Assembly (NCBI GenBank): GCA_049521795.1
Contig: JBEKOM010000011.1
Span: 39,634 to 103,633, forward strand
Source: Candidatus Bathyarchaeia archaeon
GTDB taxonomy: Archaea > Thermoproteota > Bathyarchaeia > Bathyarchaeales > Bathycorpusculaceae
DNA length: 64,000 nt
Direction: 5' to 3'
Shown here: one piece after another, positions 47,384 to 57,067 of the stretch
How the letters are laid out: every line of letters begins with the position of its first letter
Numbering within the stretch: the stretch's first letter is position 1
Made by a program: the position numbers and the translations under genes
The notes under the pieces: model-generated
The model's input: the letters and a program-made list of their open reading frames with translations, nothing else
Database searches by the model: none
Told to the model about the DNA's origin: nothing

Positions 47384-47947
47384 ATGGACAGACCAATCAG
47401 GATTCTGGGTTTTGCGGGGAGCTTGCGAAAAAACTCGCTCAACAAAGCACTGCTACGCGCCGCTGTTCAACTGGCACCAAAAAGTGCTGTGATTGAGACC
47501 TTCGACCTTGAAGGTATTCCGCTTTTCAACCAGGACTTAGAGACTCAACCGCCAAAGAAGGTCAAGGACTTCAAGGCCAAGATCAGAGATGCAGATGCAA
47601 TACTGATCGTCACTCCTGAATACAACTATTCCATTCCCGGCGTTCTCAAGAACGCGATCGACTGGGTTTCAAGACCATATTCAGACAACGCGTTTGACGG
47701 TAAGCCCGTGGCCGTTATGGGAGCATCGACAGGGATGCTAGGCACAGCGAGGGCACAGTATCACCTGCGCCAATGCCTCGTTTTCCTTAATATGCATCCA
47801 ACTAATCTTCCTGAAGTCTTCGTAACCTTTGCACGAGAAAAGTTTGATGAAAACGGCGGATTGAAAGACGAAGACACCAAGAAACACATAGTTAAGGCGC
47901 TTGAAAACTTGACCTCTTGGACTCTGAGGCTGAGAAAAGATGAGTGA
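47384..47947 (+). CDS. NAD(P)H-dependent FMN reductase (ChrR-like)
   Basis: GSLRKNSLN, TPEYNYSIPGVLKNAIDW.SR, GKPVA, GTARAQYHLRQ. Confidence 0.92.
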   Translation: MDRPIRILGFAGSLRKNSLNKALLRAAVQLAPKSAVIETFDLEGIPLFNQDLETQPPKKVKDFKAKIRDADAILIVTPEYNYSIPGVLKNAIDWVSRPYSDNAFDGKPVAVMGASTGMLGTARAQYHLRQCLVFLNMHPTNLPEVFVTFAREKFDENGGLKDEDTKKHIVKALENLTSWTLRLRKDE

Positions 47948-48069
47948 GTTCCATCCACAAGGATGCTCGTAGGCCGTTCATAGCGCCCGCGACGCTCTTG
48001 CAAGGGTCTCAAGGGAAACGTATAAACGATCACCTGTCTTAAGCAAAGAGAAAAGGGCGCTTCTCCAGC

Positions 48070-48885
48070 ATGAAATGTGAAGTGTGTGGCCAAGAAACAT
48101 TCCTACCGTTCCAGTGCCCATACTGCAACGGACAATTCTGTGAAGCTCACCGTTTGCCAGAAAACCACAATTGTTCAAGGATACATCTTGCCCGCGCACC
48201 GAAACAGGAGGAAGAATATGTTGTTTCGAGACCAGCCACGTATGAGTACAGGGTTACTCTTGGATCAACTCGGCAACATAAAGGACGAGTTTATTTCAGC
48301 CCGAAAGAAGTTAAGCATTTGACCATAGCTGCGCTGCTCGTCATCGCCGTCGGAATGTTGTCCGTTCTCTACGGCGGCATGTCACCTGAGGCTAGTTTGA
48401 GCATCTCTGTCGTCGCTTTCACCGTCATCCTGACCATGTCTTTTTTCACTCATGAAATGGCACATAAAATAACGGCCCAGAGAAGAGGTCTCTGGTCAGA
48501 ATTCAGATTGACACTCTGGGGCTCCGTTGTGACTCTAATCTTTGCGTTTCTGCCAATCAAATTCATTTCTCCAGGCGCCGTGATGATCGCCGGAGCCGCC
48601 GATAGAAAAGAAATAGGAGAAATATCCATAGCTGGACCCATCACTAACATCGTCTTGTCAATACTATTCTTCGGCACAGCGTTCGCATCAGGCCCGTATT
48701 CCCAGATCTTCCTCTTCGGCGGCTTCTTCAATGCCTACGTAGCCGCATTTAACCTCCTACCAATCGGAATTTTCGACGGACACAAAATATTCAACTGGAG
48801 CAAAGTAATCTGGGGCCTAGCCTTCGCCACAAGCGCAGCCTTAACAGCAATCGGCTTCATAATGTACTCACAATACCTACAGTGA
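48070..48885 (+). CDS. AN1-type zinc finger fused to site-2 (M50) intramembrane metalloprotease
   Basis: CEVC...PFQCPYC...FC..HRLPENHNC; HEMAH, AGP..N, FNLLP...FDG. Confidence 0.88.
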   Translation: MKCEVCGQETFLPFQCPYCNGQFCEAHRLPENHNCSRIHLARAPKQEEEYVVSRPATYEYRVTLGSTRQHKGRVYFSPKEVKHLTIAALLVIAVGMLSVLYGGMSPEASLSISVVAFTVILTMSFFTHEMAHKITAQRRGLWSEFRLTLWGSVVTLIFAFLPIKFISPGAVMIAGAADRKEIGEISIAGPITNIVLSILFFGTAFASGPYSQIFLFGGFFNAYVAAFNLLPIGIFDGHKIFNWSKVIWGLAFATSAALTAIGFIMYSQYLQ

Positions 48886-49152
48886 AAGACTTACAAAGCG
48901 GGCAGCGCGAGGGCCCCCAGCTAGCACAAGAGGCTTCCAGAAACGATGTATTTCTGTCGTTCTCGAGTTTTGATCTTGCATGCGCTGTCTACGCTGAGCG
49001 CGCGCTTGAGGGATGACGTATTCCTCCGTACCCAACATGACTTTAACTCCACTCTCTCCACTCTTCAAGAGCGTCGCATTGACAAACGCCTTTTAACTCT
49101 GAAACTCAGCGTTTCAACCGTGGCAAATCCTGCCTTCACCAAGGCGAACCTA

Positions 49153-49326
49153 ATGTCTAATGATTGTTTGACCAAACCATGCAGCGTGTGCGGCACTCGT
49201 ATTCAAGGCGCCAACTACTACTGCCCAACGTGCAAGATCTGCATTTGCTTCGGCTGTGGACTGAAAATGGTCAGCAAAGAGAACTATCCCCTCAGATGCC
49301 CTAGGTGTAGCGCAAAACTTCACTGA
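49153..49326 (+). CDS. 57-aa protein with four CxxC motifs (RING/treble-clef-like)
   Basis: CSVC, CPTC, CFGC, CPRC; ATG at 49153. Confidence 0.6.
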   Translation: MSNDCLTKPCSVCGTRIQGANYYCPTCKICICFGCGLKMVSKENYPLRCPRCSAKLH

Positions 49327-49395
49327 CAAGCTGTCAAGGTCATTTCCTTAACACGCTATCAGCGAGCGCTAGATTGACAAACACCGCTTTTTGGT

Positions 49396-49440
49396 GGTTG
49401 GTTGGGGCAAAGTTTTATCCCAAACCCAAACCCCAAAACG
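49396..49440 (+). repeat. Dispersed intergenic repeat, copy 1 (GGTTGGTTGGGGYAAAGTTTTATC)
   Basis: Core at 49404-49419 (one mismatch); also at 49931, 62480 and 63490. Confidence 0.75.
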
Positions 49441-49527
49441 TGCGTGTACCCTGTCTGTCTCTGTCAGTTAGTAACACACAACTGCATAGAAAACCAAAAC
49501 TCACACACAAGAAAGAGCGCGCGCTTG

Positions 49528-49839
49528 TTATGGGATTATTTGGGCGTCTGCGCAACCACTGATTAGATTTGTTATTTTTATTTTTAGGTGTTCGTTGGGT
49601 TTTGCGTTGCTGATGAAGATTGGAAAGCCTTTGATTCTGGCGATGCCTTCCCCGTTTGGATTCATATCTACTATGTCTACTTCGTATTCTTCCCCAATTT
49701 TAATAGGGTAATTTATGCCTTTGCCGTGTTTGTTTTTTGCGTTTCTTGGAGCTCGCTTTTTGGGACTAAAAAGACATTCCTCGCTTTCAACATTAAATAC
49801 TAAGAAATGCATTCCAAAGGCATAAGGGTTTTGTCTCAA
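49528..49839 (-). CDS. Single TRAM domain RNA-binding protein (start uncertain)
   Basis: PIKIGEEYEVDI......GEGIARIKGF.IFI..AK..E..KIKI.......A.A. Confidence 0.8.
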   Translation of the reverse strand: MRQNPYAFGMHFLVFNVESEECLFSPKKRAPRNAKNKHGKGINYPIKIGEEYEVDIVDMNPNGEGIARIKGFPIFISNAKPNEHLKIKITNLISGCADAQIIP

Positions 49840-49930
49840 CCCTGCTAAGAAAAAAGTTAAAGAAACAGACTAGTAGGCTCAGGTACTATACACAGCGCGT
49901 GCGTGTCTAGAATTATTCCTAAGATTGTGT

Positions 49931-50045
49931 GGGGTAAAGTTTTATCTTCTCTCTCTCCCCTATTAACTCTCTCTTACTCTCTCACTCACTGTCTGTACAA
50001 AAACAAAAAAATAAAGAACACACGCACACAGACAAACTCACCCGA
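49931..50045 (+). repeat. Dispersed intergenic repeat, copy 2, with CT- and CA-rich tail
   Basis: GGGGTAAAGTTTTATC + TTCTCTCTCTC ... AAAATAAA..ACACACGCACACA..GACAAACT, matching 63490-63575. Confidence 0.75.
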
Positions 50046-50225
50046 AAAAGAATTAAAACCATTTTTACACTGAAAAAGTTCATGAAAACGTGAATTAGTT
50101 TAATCATAACTTCGCGCGCGCTAAAGAGGGAGGCTATTTCTTCCTTCAGCTTACTGGTTATTAAGTAGAATCGTATTGTCATTTCGGCATAGTAAAGGTA
50201 TCGCGTAAACGAAAAACATCAGCCG

Positions 50226-50519
50226 ATGGCGACTTTCACGCTGAGCCAAAAGCGAACCGCCTCGATAATACTGTTTGTTCTAGGCTTAATTCTAATAGGT
50301 GTCGGAACGGGCTTATCCAATGTCTCTGAAACAGGCATGACAACGAGGGGTCCGTGGACGGATTACCCATATCTAAGCGAAGGTGCGGTTGTAATTATCA
50401 TCGGGACAGTTGTTCTGGTTGTTGCCTATCTTATGATGCTTCTCAAGAAAACCGTTTCAACGGCTGGCGAGATGCCAAAAACCGTGCTCAAGCGGAGATT
50501 TCGGGAGACATTGCCTTAA
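50226..50519 (+). CDS. Small two-TM membrane protein
   Basis: Two hydrophobic helices flanking a YPY motif. Confidence 0.55.
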   Translation: MATFTLSQKRTASIILFVLGLILIGVGTGLSNVSETGMTTRGPWTDYPYLSEGAVVIIIGTVVLVVAYLMMLLKKTVSTAGEMPKTVLKRRFRETLP

Positions 50520-50583
50520 TTAGGAAGATATTTACTTTTCCTAGCCATAGTCCACAATTTGCGTCAGGATGCAGTTGAGTGCA

Positions 50584-53043
50584 ATGAAGAGACTGCCAAA
50601 AGTGCTCGATATTTCGGCTATTGAGAAGAAGTGGCAGAGCGAATGGGAAAAGACGGGCACCTACCGTTTCGACTGGAAGGATAGTGGAAGCCCAAGGTTC
50701 AGTATTGACACGCCTCCGCCGTATGCGTCTGGAGAGTTCCACATGGGAACGGTTCTCAACTGGACATACTTTGACATCGTGGCTCGTTACAAACGCATGA
50801 ACGGCTACAACGTTCTCTTTCCACAAGGATGGGACTGTCACGGTTTGCCCGTTGAGGTCGAAGTTGAAAAGGAGCACGGGATCAAGAAAACGGACATTCC
50901 TCCCGACCATTTTAGGAAGCTGTGTGAAAAGCTCGTGAACGAATACATCGGTTCCATGAAGGCCGACATGACCCGGCTTGGATACTCAATGGATTGGACG
51001 ACAGAGTACAAGACGATGGACCCGGACTACTGGAGACGCACGCAGCTCTCGTTCATTCTCCTCTACAACAAGGGCTTCATCTACCGCGGAACGCATCCTG
51101 TGAACTGGTGTCCAAGATGTGAAACCGCAATCGCTGACGCTGAAGTCGAACACGAAACAAGAAACGCCCAGCTGCATTACATCAAGTTCGAGCTTGAAAT
51201 GGGCGGCTTCCTCGAGATAGCCACAACAAGACCCGAGCTCATTCCAGCTTGCGTAACCGTGACTGTGAACCCCAACGACGAACGCTACAAAAAGTACGTT
51301 GGGAAGAGTGTTAAGGTGCCAACGACGAACAGAACGGTTGAAGTTGTAACTGATGAAATGGTCGACCCGAAGTTCGGCACTGGCGCAGTGATGATCTGCA
51401 CGTACGGCGACAAGGCCGATGTCAAGAGCGTCGCAGTGCATCATCTGCCTGTCATAATGAGCATAGACGAAAAGGGCAGAATGACCGAAAGCGCCGGAAA
51501 ATACGCTGACATGCAGACTAATGAGGCCAAAGAGGCCATTCTCAAAGACCTGCGGAATACTGGGCTGCTTGGAAAGACCGAAACTCTCAAGCAGGAGGTG
51601 AGCATCTGCTGGAGATGCAAGACTCCGATAGAAATCCTTGAGAGGGAACAATGGTTCATGAAGACACGTGTCCTCACCGACAAGGTCGAAAAGAACGCTC
51701 TGGAGATCAAGTGGTATCCTGACTACATGAAGCATCGCCTGATCGACTGGGCGAAGTCGCTTGAGTGGGACTGGGTAATATCGCGGCAGAGAGTGTTCGC
51801 AACGCCGATACCCATCTGGTACTGCAAAAAATGCGGTGAAATAGTCCTTGCCGAACCTGAGTGGGTGCCGATAGACCCGCGGCTAGAAGGACCAAGAACT
51901 GCGAAGTGTCCGAAATGCGGCCACGGGGAGTTTAGGCCAGAAACAGATGTGTTTGACACTTGGTTTGACTCGTCGATAACGTGTGCTGTGCACGCTGGGT
52001 GGCCTGACAGGAAAGACTGGAGGAGACTGTTCCCAGCGGACATGCACCCTTCAGGTGTAGACATCATCCGTACGTGGGCTTACTATTTGATGGTCAGGCA
52101 CTTGGCCCTGTTTGACGAAAAGCCGTACAAGAGCTGCTTGATCAACGGCATGGTGCTGGGAACAGACGGGCGCGAGATGCACAAGTCTTTGGGCAATTAT
52201 GTGTCTTCTGAAGAAGTTCTTGAGAAGTACGGAGCAGACGCGACGAGGCAGTGGGCCGCAGGCGGCGGAGCCACGGGTTCAGACATTCCGTTTCGATGGC
52301 CCGACGTAGAATACGGCTGGCGCTTCTTGATCAAACTTTGGAACGCATCGGGCTTCGTGAGCAACTTGTTGAAAGATTATGCGCCGAGTGAGAGGTCTGG
52401 AGACGATCTTCAGCCCTTGGATAAGTGGATACTGAGCAAGGCTGAGAAGGTTACTGAAAAGGTGACTGAAGCTCTGGAGAACTGTCAGTTCAACACGGCT
52501 TTGGAAGAAACACGCAACTTCACTTGGCACATCTTCTGCGACTGTTACCTAGAGGCTGTGAAAGACCGCCTTTACAGGCCAGAAATCTACGGAGAAGACA
52601 AGAAGAGGGCGGCGCAGTACGCGTTACACGTTGTCTTAAACAGAATCCTGCATCTTCTGGCACCGATAACGCCTCACGTTACCGAAGAGATCTATCGCAC
52701 TCTGTACGCGGAAGAGGGAAAGCAAGGAAGCATCCATCGTTCTTCTTGGCCACGAATTGACAAGACGCGTCTTGATGAAGAAGCCGAAAAGGGTGGAGAC
52801 CTGATCATGGCGATCATCACGGAGGTTCGAAGGGAGAAAGCTGAAAAGCATCTGCCATTGAATGCGCCAATCAAGAAGCTGACGATCTACGCTGGAGAAA
52901 AAAGCCTTGGAGAAACCCTTGCGGAAGGCAAGGAGGACATATCTGGTGCTTGCAAGGTCGCAGAGATGAAGATTCTGCCAGACAAGGGTGAGGGCAGAGA
53001 GGCCAAACCGTTCAAAGTCAGCTTCGTCGCAGATTATCAGTGA
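50584..53043 (+). CDS. valS: Valine--tRNA ligase (archaeal type)
   Basis: IDTPPPY, HMGT (HIGH), GWDCHGLP, ATTRPE, GTGAVM, DWVISRQR, DTWFDSS, EMHKS (KMSKS). Confidence 0.95.
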   Translation: MKRLPKVLDISAIEKKWQSEWEKTGTYRFDWKDSGSPRFSIDTPPPYASGEFHMGTVLNWTYFDIVARYKRMNGYNVLFPQGWDCHGLPVEVEVEKEHGIKKTDIPPDHFRKLCEKLVNEYIGSMKADMTRLGYSMDWTTEYKTMDPDYWRRTQLSFILLYNKGFIYRGTHPVNWCPRCETAIADAEVEHETRNAQLHYIKFELEMGGFLEIATTRPELIPACVTVTVNPNDERYKKYVGKSVKVPTTNRTVEVVTDEMVDPKFGTGAVMICTYGDKADVKSVAVHHLPVIMSIDEKGRMTESAGKYADMQTNEAKEAILKDLRNTGLLGKTETLKQEVSICWRCKTPIEILEREQWFMKTRVLTDKVEKNALEIKWYPDYMKHRLIDWAKSLEWDWVISRQRVFATPIPIWYCKKCGEIVLAEPEWVPIDPRLEGPRTAKCPKCGHGEFRPETDVFDTWFDSSITCAVHAGWPDRKDWRRLFPADMHPSGVDIIRTWAYYLMVRHLALFDEKPYKSCLINGMVLGTDGREMHKSLGNYVSSEEVLEKYGADATRQWAAGGGATGSDIPFRWPDVEYGWRFLIKLWNASGFVSNLLKDYAPSERSGDDLQPLDKWILSKAEKVTEKVTEALENCQFNTALEETRNFTWHIFCDCYLEAVKDRLYRPEIYGEDKKRAAQYALHVVLNRILHLLAPITPHVTEEIYRTLYAEEGKQGSIHRSSWPRIDKTRLDEEAEKGGDLIMAIITEVRREKAEKHLPLNAPIKKLTIYAGEKSLGETLAEGKEDISGACKVAEMKILPDKGEGREAKPFKVSFVADYQ

Positions 53044-53062
53044 TCTTCGGAAGCGGTGGACA

Positions 53063-53803
53063 TTGAAGACCGTTGGGATAATAGGGTGCGGCGTGATCGG
53101 CACCGTTATCGCAAAAGCGGTTGATGAAGGGATCGTCAAGTGTGACATGCTCATTCTCTACGACTACGATCATGAGAAGGCGGAGAACCTTAGAAAGTCT
53201 CTGCGCGTCGAAGTCGAAGTCGTCGGAAGCCTTGAGGAAATGCTCAGAGCTAAACCCGCAGTGATTGTGGAGGCAGCGTCGCAGCAAGCGGTCAAAGAGT
53301 ACCTGCAGAGGGTTCTAGCGGAGAACGTTGAACTCATAGTCATGAGTGTGGGTGCCCTTCTTGAAATTGACGTCAGAAGCTGCAAGATTCACGTGCCCTC
53401 AGGAGCTATAGGCGGCTTGGACGCAGTTTCCAGCGCAGCGCTCGCTGGGATTGACGAGGTGACCCTGACTACGAGAAAGAACCCTCAGACTCTTGACCTA
53501 AACGATCAAAGAGAAAAGACTGCTTACGATGGGTATGCTGAGGAGGCTGTTAGGCTTTTTCCAAGAGAGATGAACGTCGCTGCAACTCTGGCTTTGGCTG
53601 TGCGGCCCAGAAAAGTGATGGTCAAAGTGATATCAGATCCTAAAGCGAACAGGAACATCCATGAGATCAAAGTCGCTTGGAAACATGGCGATATGCTTTT
53701 GAGGTTTGAAAACGACCCGTATCCAGACAACCCTAAGACAAGTGCGCTTGCAGCATGGTCCGCGATAAAGCTACTGAATGAAGTGCTGGAAAAAACTCCT
53801 TAG
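53063..53803 (+). CDS. nadX: L-aspartate dehydrogenase
   Basis: GCGVIG, VEAAS, SVGAL, PSGAIGGLD, FP..MNVAA, N.HEI, NPKTS.LAA. Confidence 0.85.
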   Translation: MKTVGIIGCGVIGTVIAKAVDEGIVKCDMLILYDYDHEKAENLRKSLRVEVEVVGSLEEMLRAKPAVIVEAASQQAVKEYLQRVLAENVELIVMSVGALLEIDVRSCKIHVPSGAIGGLDAVSSAALAGIDEVTLTTRKNPQTLDLNDQREKTAYDGYAEEAVRLFPREMNVAATLALAVRPRKVMVKVISDPKANRNIHEIKVAWKHGDMLLRFENDPYPDNPKTSALAAWSAIKLLNEVLEKTP

Positions 53804-53805
53804 CC

Positions 53806-54633
53806 TCACGGCCTTAACCCCGTGCCCACATCTATCCAGAGTTTTTCGCCGATTTTTCTATAACCGATCTTCTCATAGACTCTGATTGCAGGATAATTGT
53901 CTGACCTCACAAACAAAGCCGCCGCTTCCGAATGCCCTAAGGCTTCTTCGGTCACTGCAGACGTGGCTAGGAGTGCGTACCCTTTGTTCCTGTGCTTGGG
54001 GTCAGTGTACACTCCTCCTATCATCCAGACCTGGGGAAGTTGAATGAAGGAGCCTGCGTACGAGACCAGCACGTCTTTCTTGAAGACCCCGTAGATCGGC
54101 AACTTCGTTATCCATTCAATGTACTTCTTCATCATTCTCTTGGGACGATCTGTCCTTTGGAGAAGAAGGTTAGCTAGCAGAGCTGCGTCCTCTTCGGTTA
54201 GCAATCGCTTCACAAGTCTTGAATTGTAAAAGCTTGCTTCAGTCTTCCTTATCAACATCCAGTTTTCGATGTAGTCTTTTGCGTTAGGGAACTTTCTCTT
54301 TATGACTGGCAGAAGGTTTGGTGTCGTATGCATTATGAAGTGGTTCTCGGGTGCGTGGGCAATCAGCGTTTCAGCAGCATCTTCTTCGGATTCTAGGATT
54401 ACGCTTAGAACGTCTGTGGCCGTGTATGTGAGGATGTATCCTATCATGTGGTTTTTTTGGAAGGCCGCGTAGGTTGCTGTGTGTTCAGGGTCGTTTTGAA
54501 CATCGTAGAAGGCGAAAACATGTTTGATGATGTCTGACTTGATACATTCAACGAAGCGTTGTTTGTTGTGCTCGTCGATCTTCTCAACTTTGAACATTAA
54601 ACTCACGGTGCAGCAATGTTCATTATCACGCAT
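53806..54633 (-). CDS. GNAT-family N-acetyltransferase (C-terminal GNAT domain)
   Basis: IGGVYTDPKHRNKGYA, LFV..DN.PAIRVYEKIGY. Confidence 0.88.
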   Translation of the reverse strand: MRDNEHCCTVSLMFKVEKIDEHNKQRFVECIKSDIIKHVFAFYDVQNDPEHTATYAAFQKNHMIGYILTYTATDVLSVILESEEDAAETLIAHAPENHFIMHTTPNLLPVIKRKFPNAKDYIENWMLIRKTEASFYNSRLVKRLLTEEDAALLANLLLQRTDRPKRMMKKYIEWITKLPIYGVFKKDVLVSYAGSFIQLPQVWMIGGVYTDPKHRNKGYALLATSAVTEEALGHSEAAALFVRSDNYPAIRVYEKIGYRKIGEKLWIDVGTGLRP

Positions 54634-55763
54634 TAGTCCTTCAGTTTCTTGATTTCTTCTATGAGCTGGTCAATCTCTTCCTCTGTGTTGTAGAAATGTG
54701 GTGAGACCCTTATTCCATTGGCTCTTGCAGAAACGACTATGCCTTTCTTGTTCAGCCTATCCGTTACTTTCTGCGGTTTTCCAATCTTGAAATTCACTAT
54801 TCCGGAGCGGCACTGCTTCTGTTCCGGCGTTTGAAGTTCAAGCCCCAGATCCTTGATTGAATCTATCAGACGATCCGTAAGCTTGATGATTATTCGTTTG
54901 ATGTTTTCAGTTCCGCAGTTCAGCAGCATCTTCATCGCTTCCGCTGCACCCACAAAGCTTGTCGTTGCCGACGAGCCCACCTCGAAACGACTTGCCGTCT
55001 TCGAGAGCTTCAGGTTCCAGATGTCCCAAAAATCTGTCGTCTTAAATACCTCTGGCTTCACGCTTGCCCAACCGACGTAAGGTGGTTCAAACTCTTCGAT
55101 AAGTTCGTCCTTCACGTACAAGTAGGCTGCTCCTGGCGGGCTCAGCAGCCATTTGTAGCAGGCGGCCATAAGGAAGTCAACGTCATCAGTTTTGACGTTG
55201 ATCGGCATGGTTCCAACGGATTGTATTGCGTCAACGATTAGGTAAGCTCCGTGTTCATGGGCCACTTCGCTTAGCACTCTCAGGTTGTGGCGGAAGCCGT
55301 TGACGTATTCGACGTGGCTTATGGCAACGGCCACTGTCTTGTCGTCAACAGCCTTTTCCATGTCGTCTAACGATACTCTTCCGTCGACGCTCTTAACGTA
55401 GTGGACTCTTGCGCCGAGGTTCTTGCGGAGCCAAGGATAGACGACGGAAGGATACTCCAAGTCTGTCGTGACCATCTTCGAGCCTGGTGGGTATTGGAGG
55501 ACGCTTGCGGCTATGTTTAAGCCTACCGAGGTATTTTCGATCAGCGCTATTTCCTCAGACCTGGCGCCGATGAGTTTGGCGAAGTGGGGTTTCCCCCACC
55601 TGTCACATTCGATCGAGCTTGTTCCAAACTTGGAGAAGTCATCCGTGTACCTGTGAATCGCATCAGCGACTGGTTTGGGGAGTGGAGACTGCGCGGCATG
55701 GTTCAGGAAGACTTTGTTCTCGGTGACTGGAAACTGTTCACGGATTTTCTGGGCATTATCCAT
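54633..55763 (-). CDS. Class V PLP-dependent aminotransferase-fold enzyme lacking the cysteine-desulfurase Cys loop
   Basis: FLNHAA.SP, NTS.G, VDAIQSVG, YKWLLSPPG, RFE.G, RVSPHFYN; no R.G.HC. Confidence 0.85.
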   Translation of the reverse strand: MDNAQKIREQFPVTENKVFLNHAAQSPLPKPVADAIHRYTDDFSKFGTSSIECDRWGKPHFAKLIGARSEEIALIENTSVGLNIAASVLQYPPGSKMVTTDLEYPSVVYPWLRKNLGARVHYVKSVDGRVSLDDMEKAVDDKTVAVAISHVEYVNGFRHNLRVLSEVAHEHGAYLIVDAIQSVGTMPINVKTDDVDFLMAACYKWLLSPPGAAYLYVKDELIEEFEPPYVGWASVKPEVFKTTDFWDIWNLKLSKTASRFEVGSSATTSFVGAAEAMKMLLNCGTENIKRIIIKLTDRLIDSIKDLGLELQTPEQKQCRSGIVNFKIGKPQKVTDRLNKKGIVVSARANGIRVSPHFYNTEEEIDQLIEEIKKLKD

Positions 55764-55864
55764 ACAAACTTACATCCGCTGCGATGTTGGCAAGCCTAGA
55801 CTATTCGCTTCTGAGTTATTAAAGTCTCAAGTTTATGCGAGGTCATTGTCAGTGTTTTTGGCGC

Positions 55865-56995
55865 CTATTGTAGGCCTGAAATCGAGAAGCCTTCGAAGCA
55901 CGTCCAGTTTTTTCTCAGGAGTCTCTTTAGCTCGTCGATAGTGTTTGCGACGGTGCTTCGGCAGTCAGGCGGCTCTTTCGGCGGAGCATAGGGCTCCGTG
56001 GCAGTCATCTTCTCTATGCCGGCTATGCCTGCAATGAGCGCGTACCAGCAGAGGGGCAGAACTTTCGGGTTGTATCCGCTTCCAGGCATCAGCACAAGCT
56101 TTCCGCCGCAGACTCTGTCAGCGGTGTTTCTGATGACGTTGGCAAGTTCGAAGAAGCCGTTGGCTGTCAACGCTAAGCCTCCGAGCGTGTCTGCAAAATG
56201 TGGGTCGCTTCCTCCGTTGGTGATGATGATCTCGGGCTTGAACTCCTCAGCCAACGGGACAAAAATCTCATTCAACGCATACAGATAGGTGCTGTCGCCC
56301 GTTCCTGGTGGCAACGGTACGTTGATGTTGTAGCCTTCTCCTTTTCCTTCTCCGATCTGCCAGGTGAAGCCTGTTCCAGGATAGATCGTTCTCGGGTCTT
56401 GATGCAAAGATATGTAGAGCACTGTGGGGTCTCGGTAGTAGATGCTGCTCGTGCCGTTTCCAAAGTGAACATCGTGGTCTAGGATCAAGAACCGTCGAAG
56501 ACCATGTTCAGCTCTCAAGTACTCGGTCAGGACTGCGACATCATTGAATAAGCAGAATCCTCCTCCGTAGTTTTTTCCGGCGTGATGATAGCCCCCACCT
56601 ATGGAAACTGCTCTTCTAGCTCTGTTCTCGACAACTGCTTTGCCGCTTTCGATTGCGTTGCCACAGATGATGAGGGCTGCTTCAAGAATCTCTGGAGAGA
56701 CGGGTGTTTCAATATCGTATGCTCTGTCCTCTTTTGCCAGGCCGAAGATCAGGTCGACGTATTCCTCATCGTGAACCCTCAACAAGTCTTTTCGAGAGGC
56801 TGGCTCAGGTTGAACAAGAACGATTCCAGGATGGTTGAACAACCCTTGTGCACGAAAGAATTCCATTGCGTTAACAAAACGGTCGCCTCTGAACGGATGT
56901 CCTTCGCCCAGGTCGTACTGTTTCATTTTTTCGTGAAAACCGATGATGATCCTCTGATCCAATTGCGGAGCAGCCTCAAACAGGAATGAATACAA
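55865..56995 (-). CDS. Histone deacetylase/AcuC family amidohydrolase
   Basis: HPF...R, GGYHHA, GGFC.FND, D.DVHFGNG, SLH, YPGTG, NVPL, GSDPH..D, GSGY. Confidence 0.92.
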   Translation of the reverse strand: MYSFLFEAAPQLDQRIIIGFHEKMKQYDLGEGHPFRGDRFVNAMEFFRAQGLFNHPGIVLVQPEPASRKDLLRVHDEEYVDLIFGLAKEDRAYDIETPVSPEILEAALIICGNAIESGKAVVENRARRAVSIGGGYHHAGKNYGGGFCLFNDVAVLTEYLRAEHGLRRFLILDHDVHFGNGTSSIYYRDPTVLYISLHQDPRTIYPGTGFTWQIGEGKGEGYNINVPLPPGTGDSTYLYALNEIFVPLAEEFKPEIIITNGGSDPHFADTLGGLALTANGFFELANVIRNTADRVCGGKLVLMPGSGYNPKVLPLCWYALIAGIAGIEKMTATEPYAPPKEPPDCRSTVANTIDELKRLLRKNWTCFEGFSISGLQ

Positions 56996-57067
56996 ACCAG
57001 TATTAAATCCTGCACGGCTCGTCTGGGCACGTTTGAAAAGAAAAAGAGAGGAGAATAAGTGGCGTTG

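Noticed and set aside
50986-51735. 249-aa antisense ORF (and similar ones at 6335-6832, 16545-17075, 22498-22980, 41682-42206, 52636-53154)
   Set aside because: They are shadows of well-supported genes on the opposite strand and show no recognisable motifs.
54633-55763. Cysteine desulfurase SufS/IscS
   Set aside because: Lacks the catalytic Cys loop (R.G.HC or SSGSAC).
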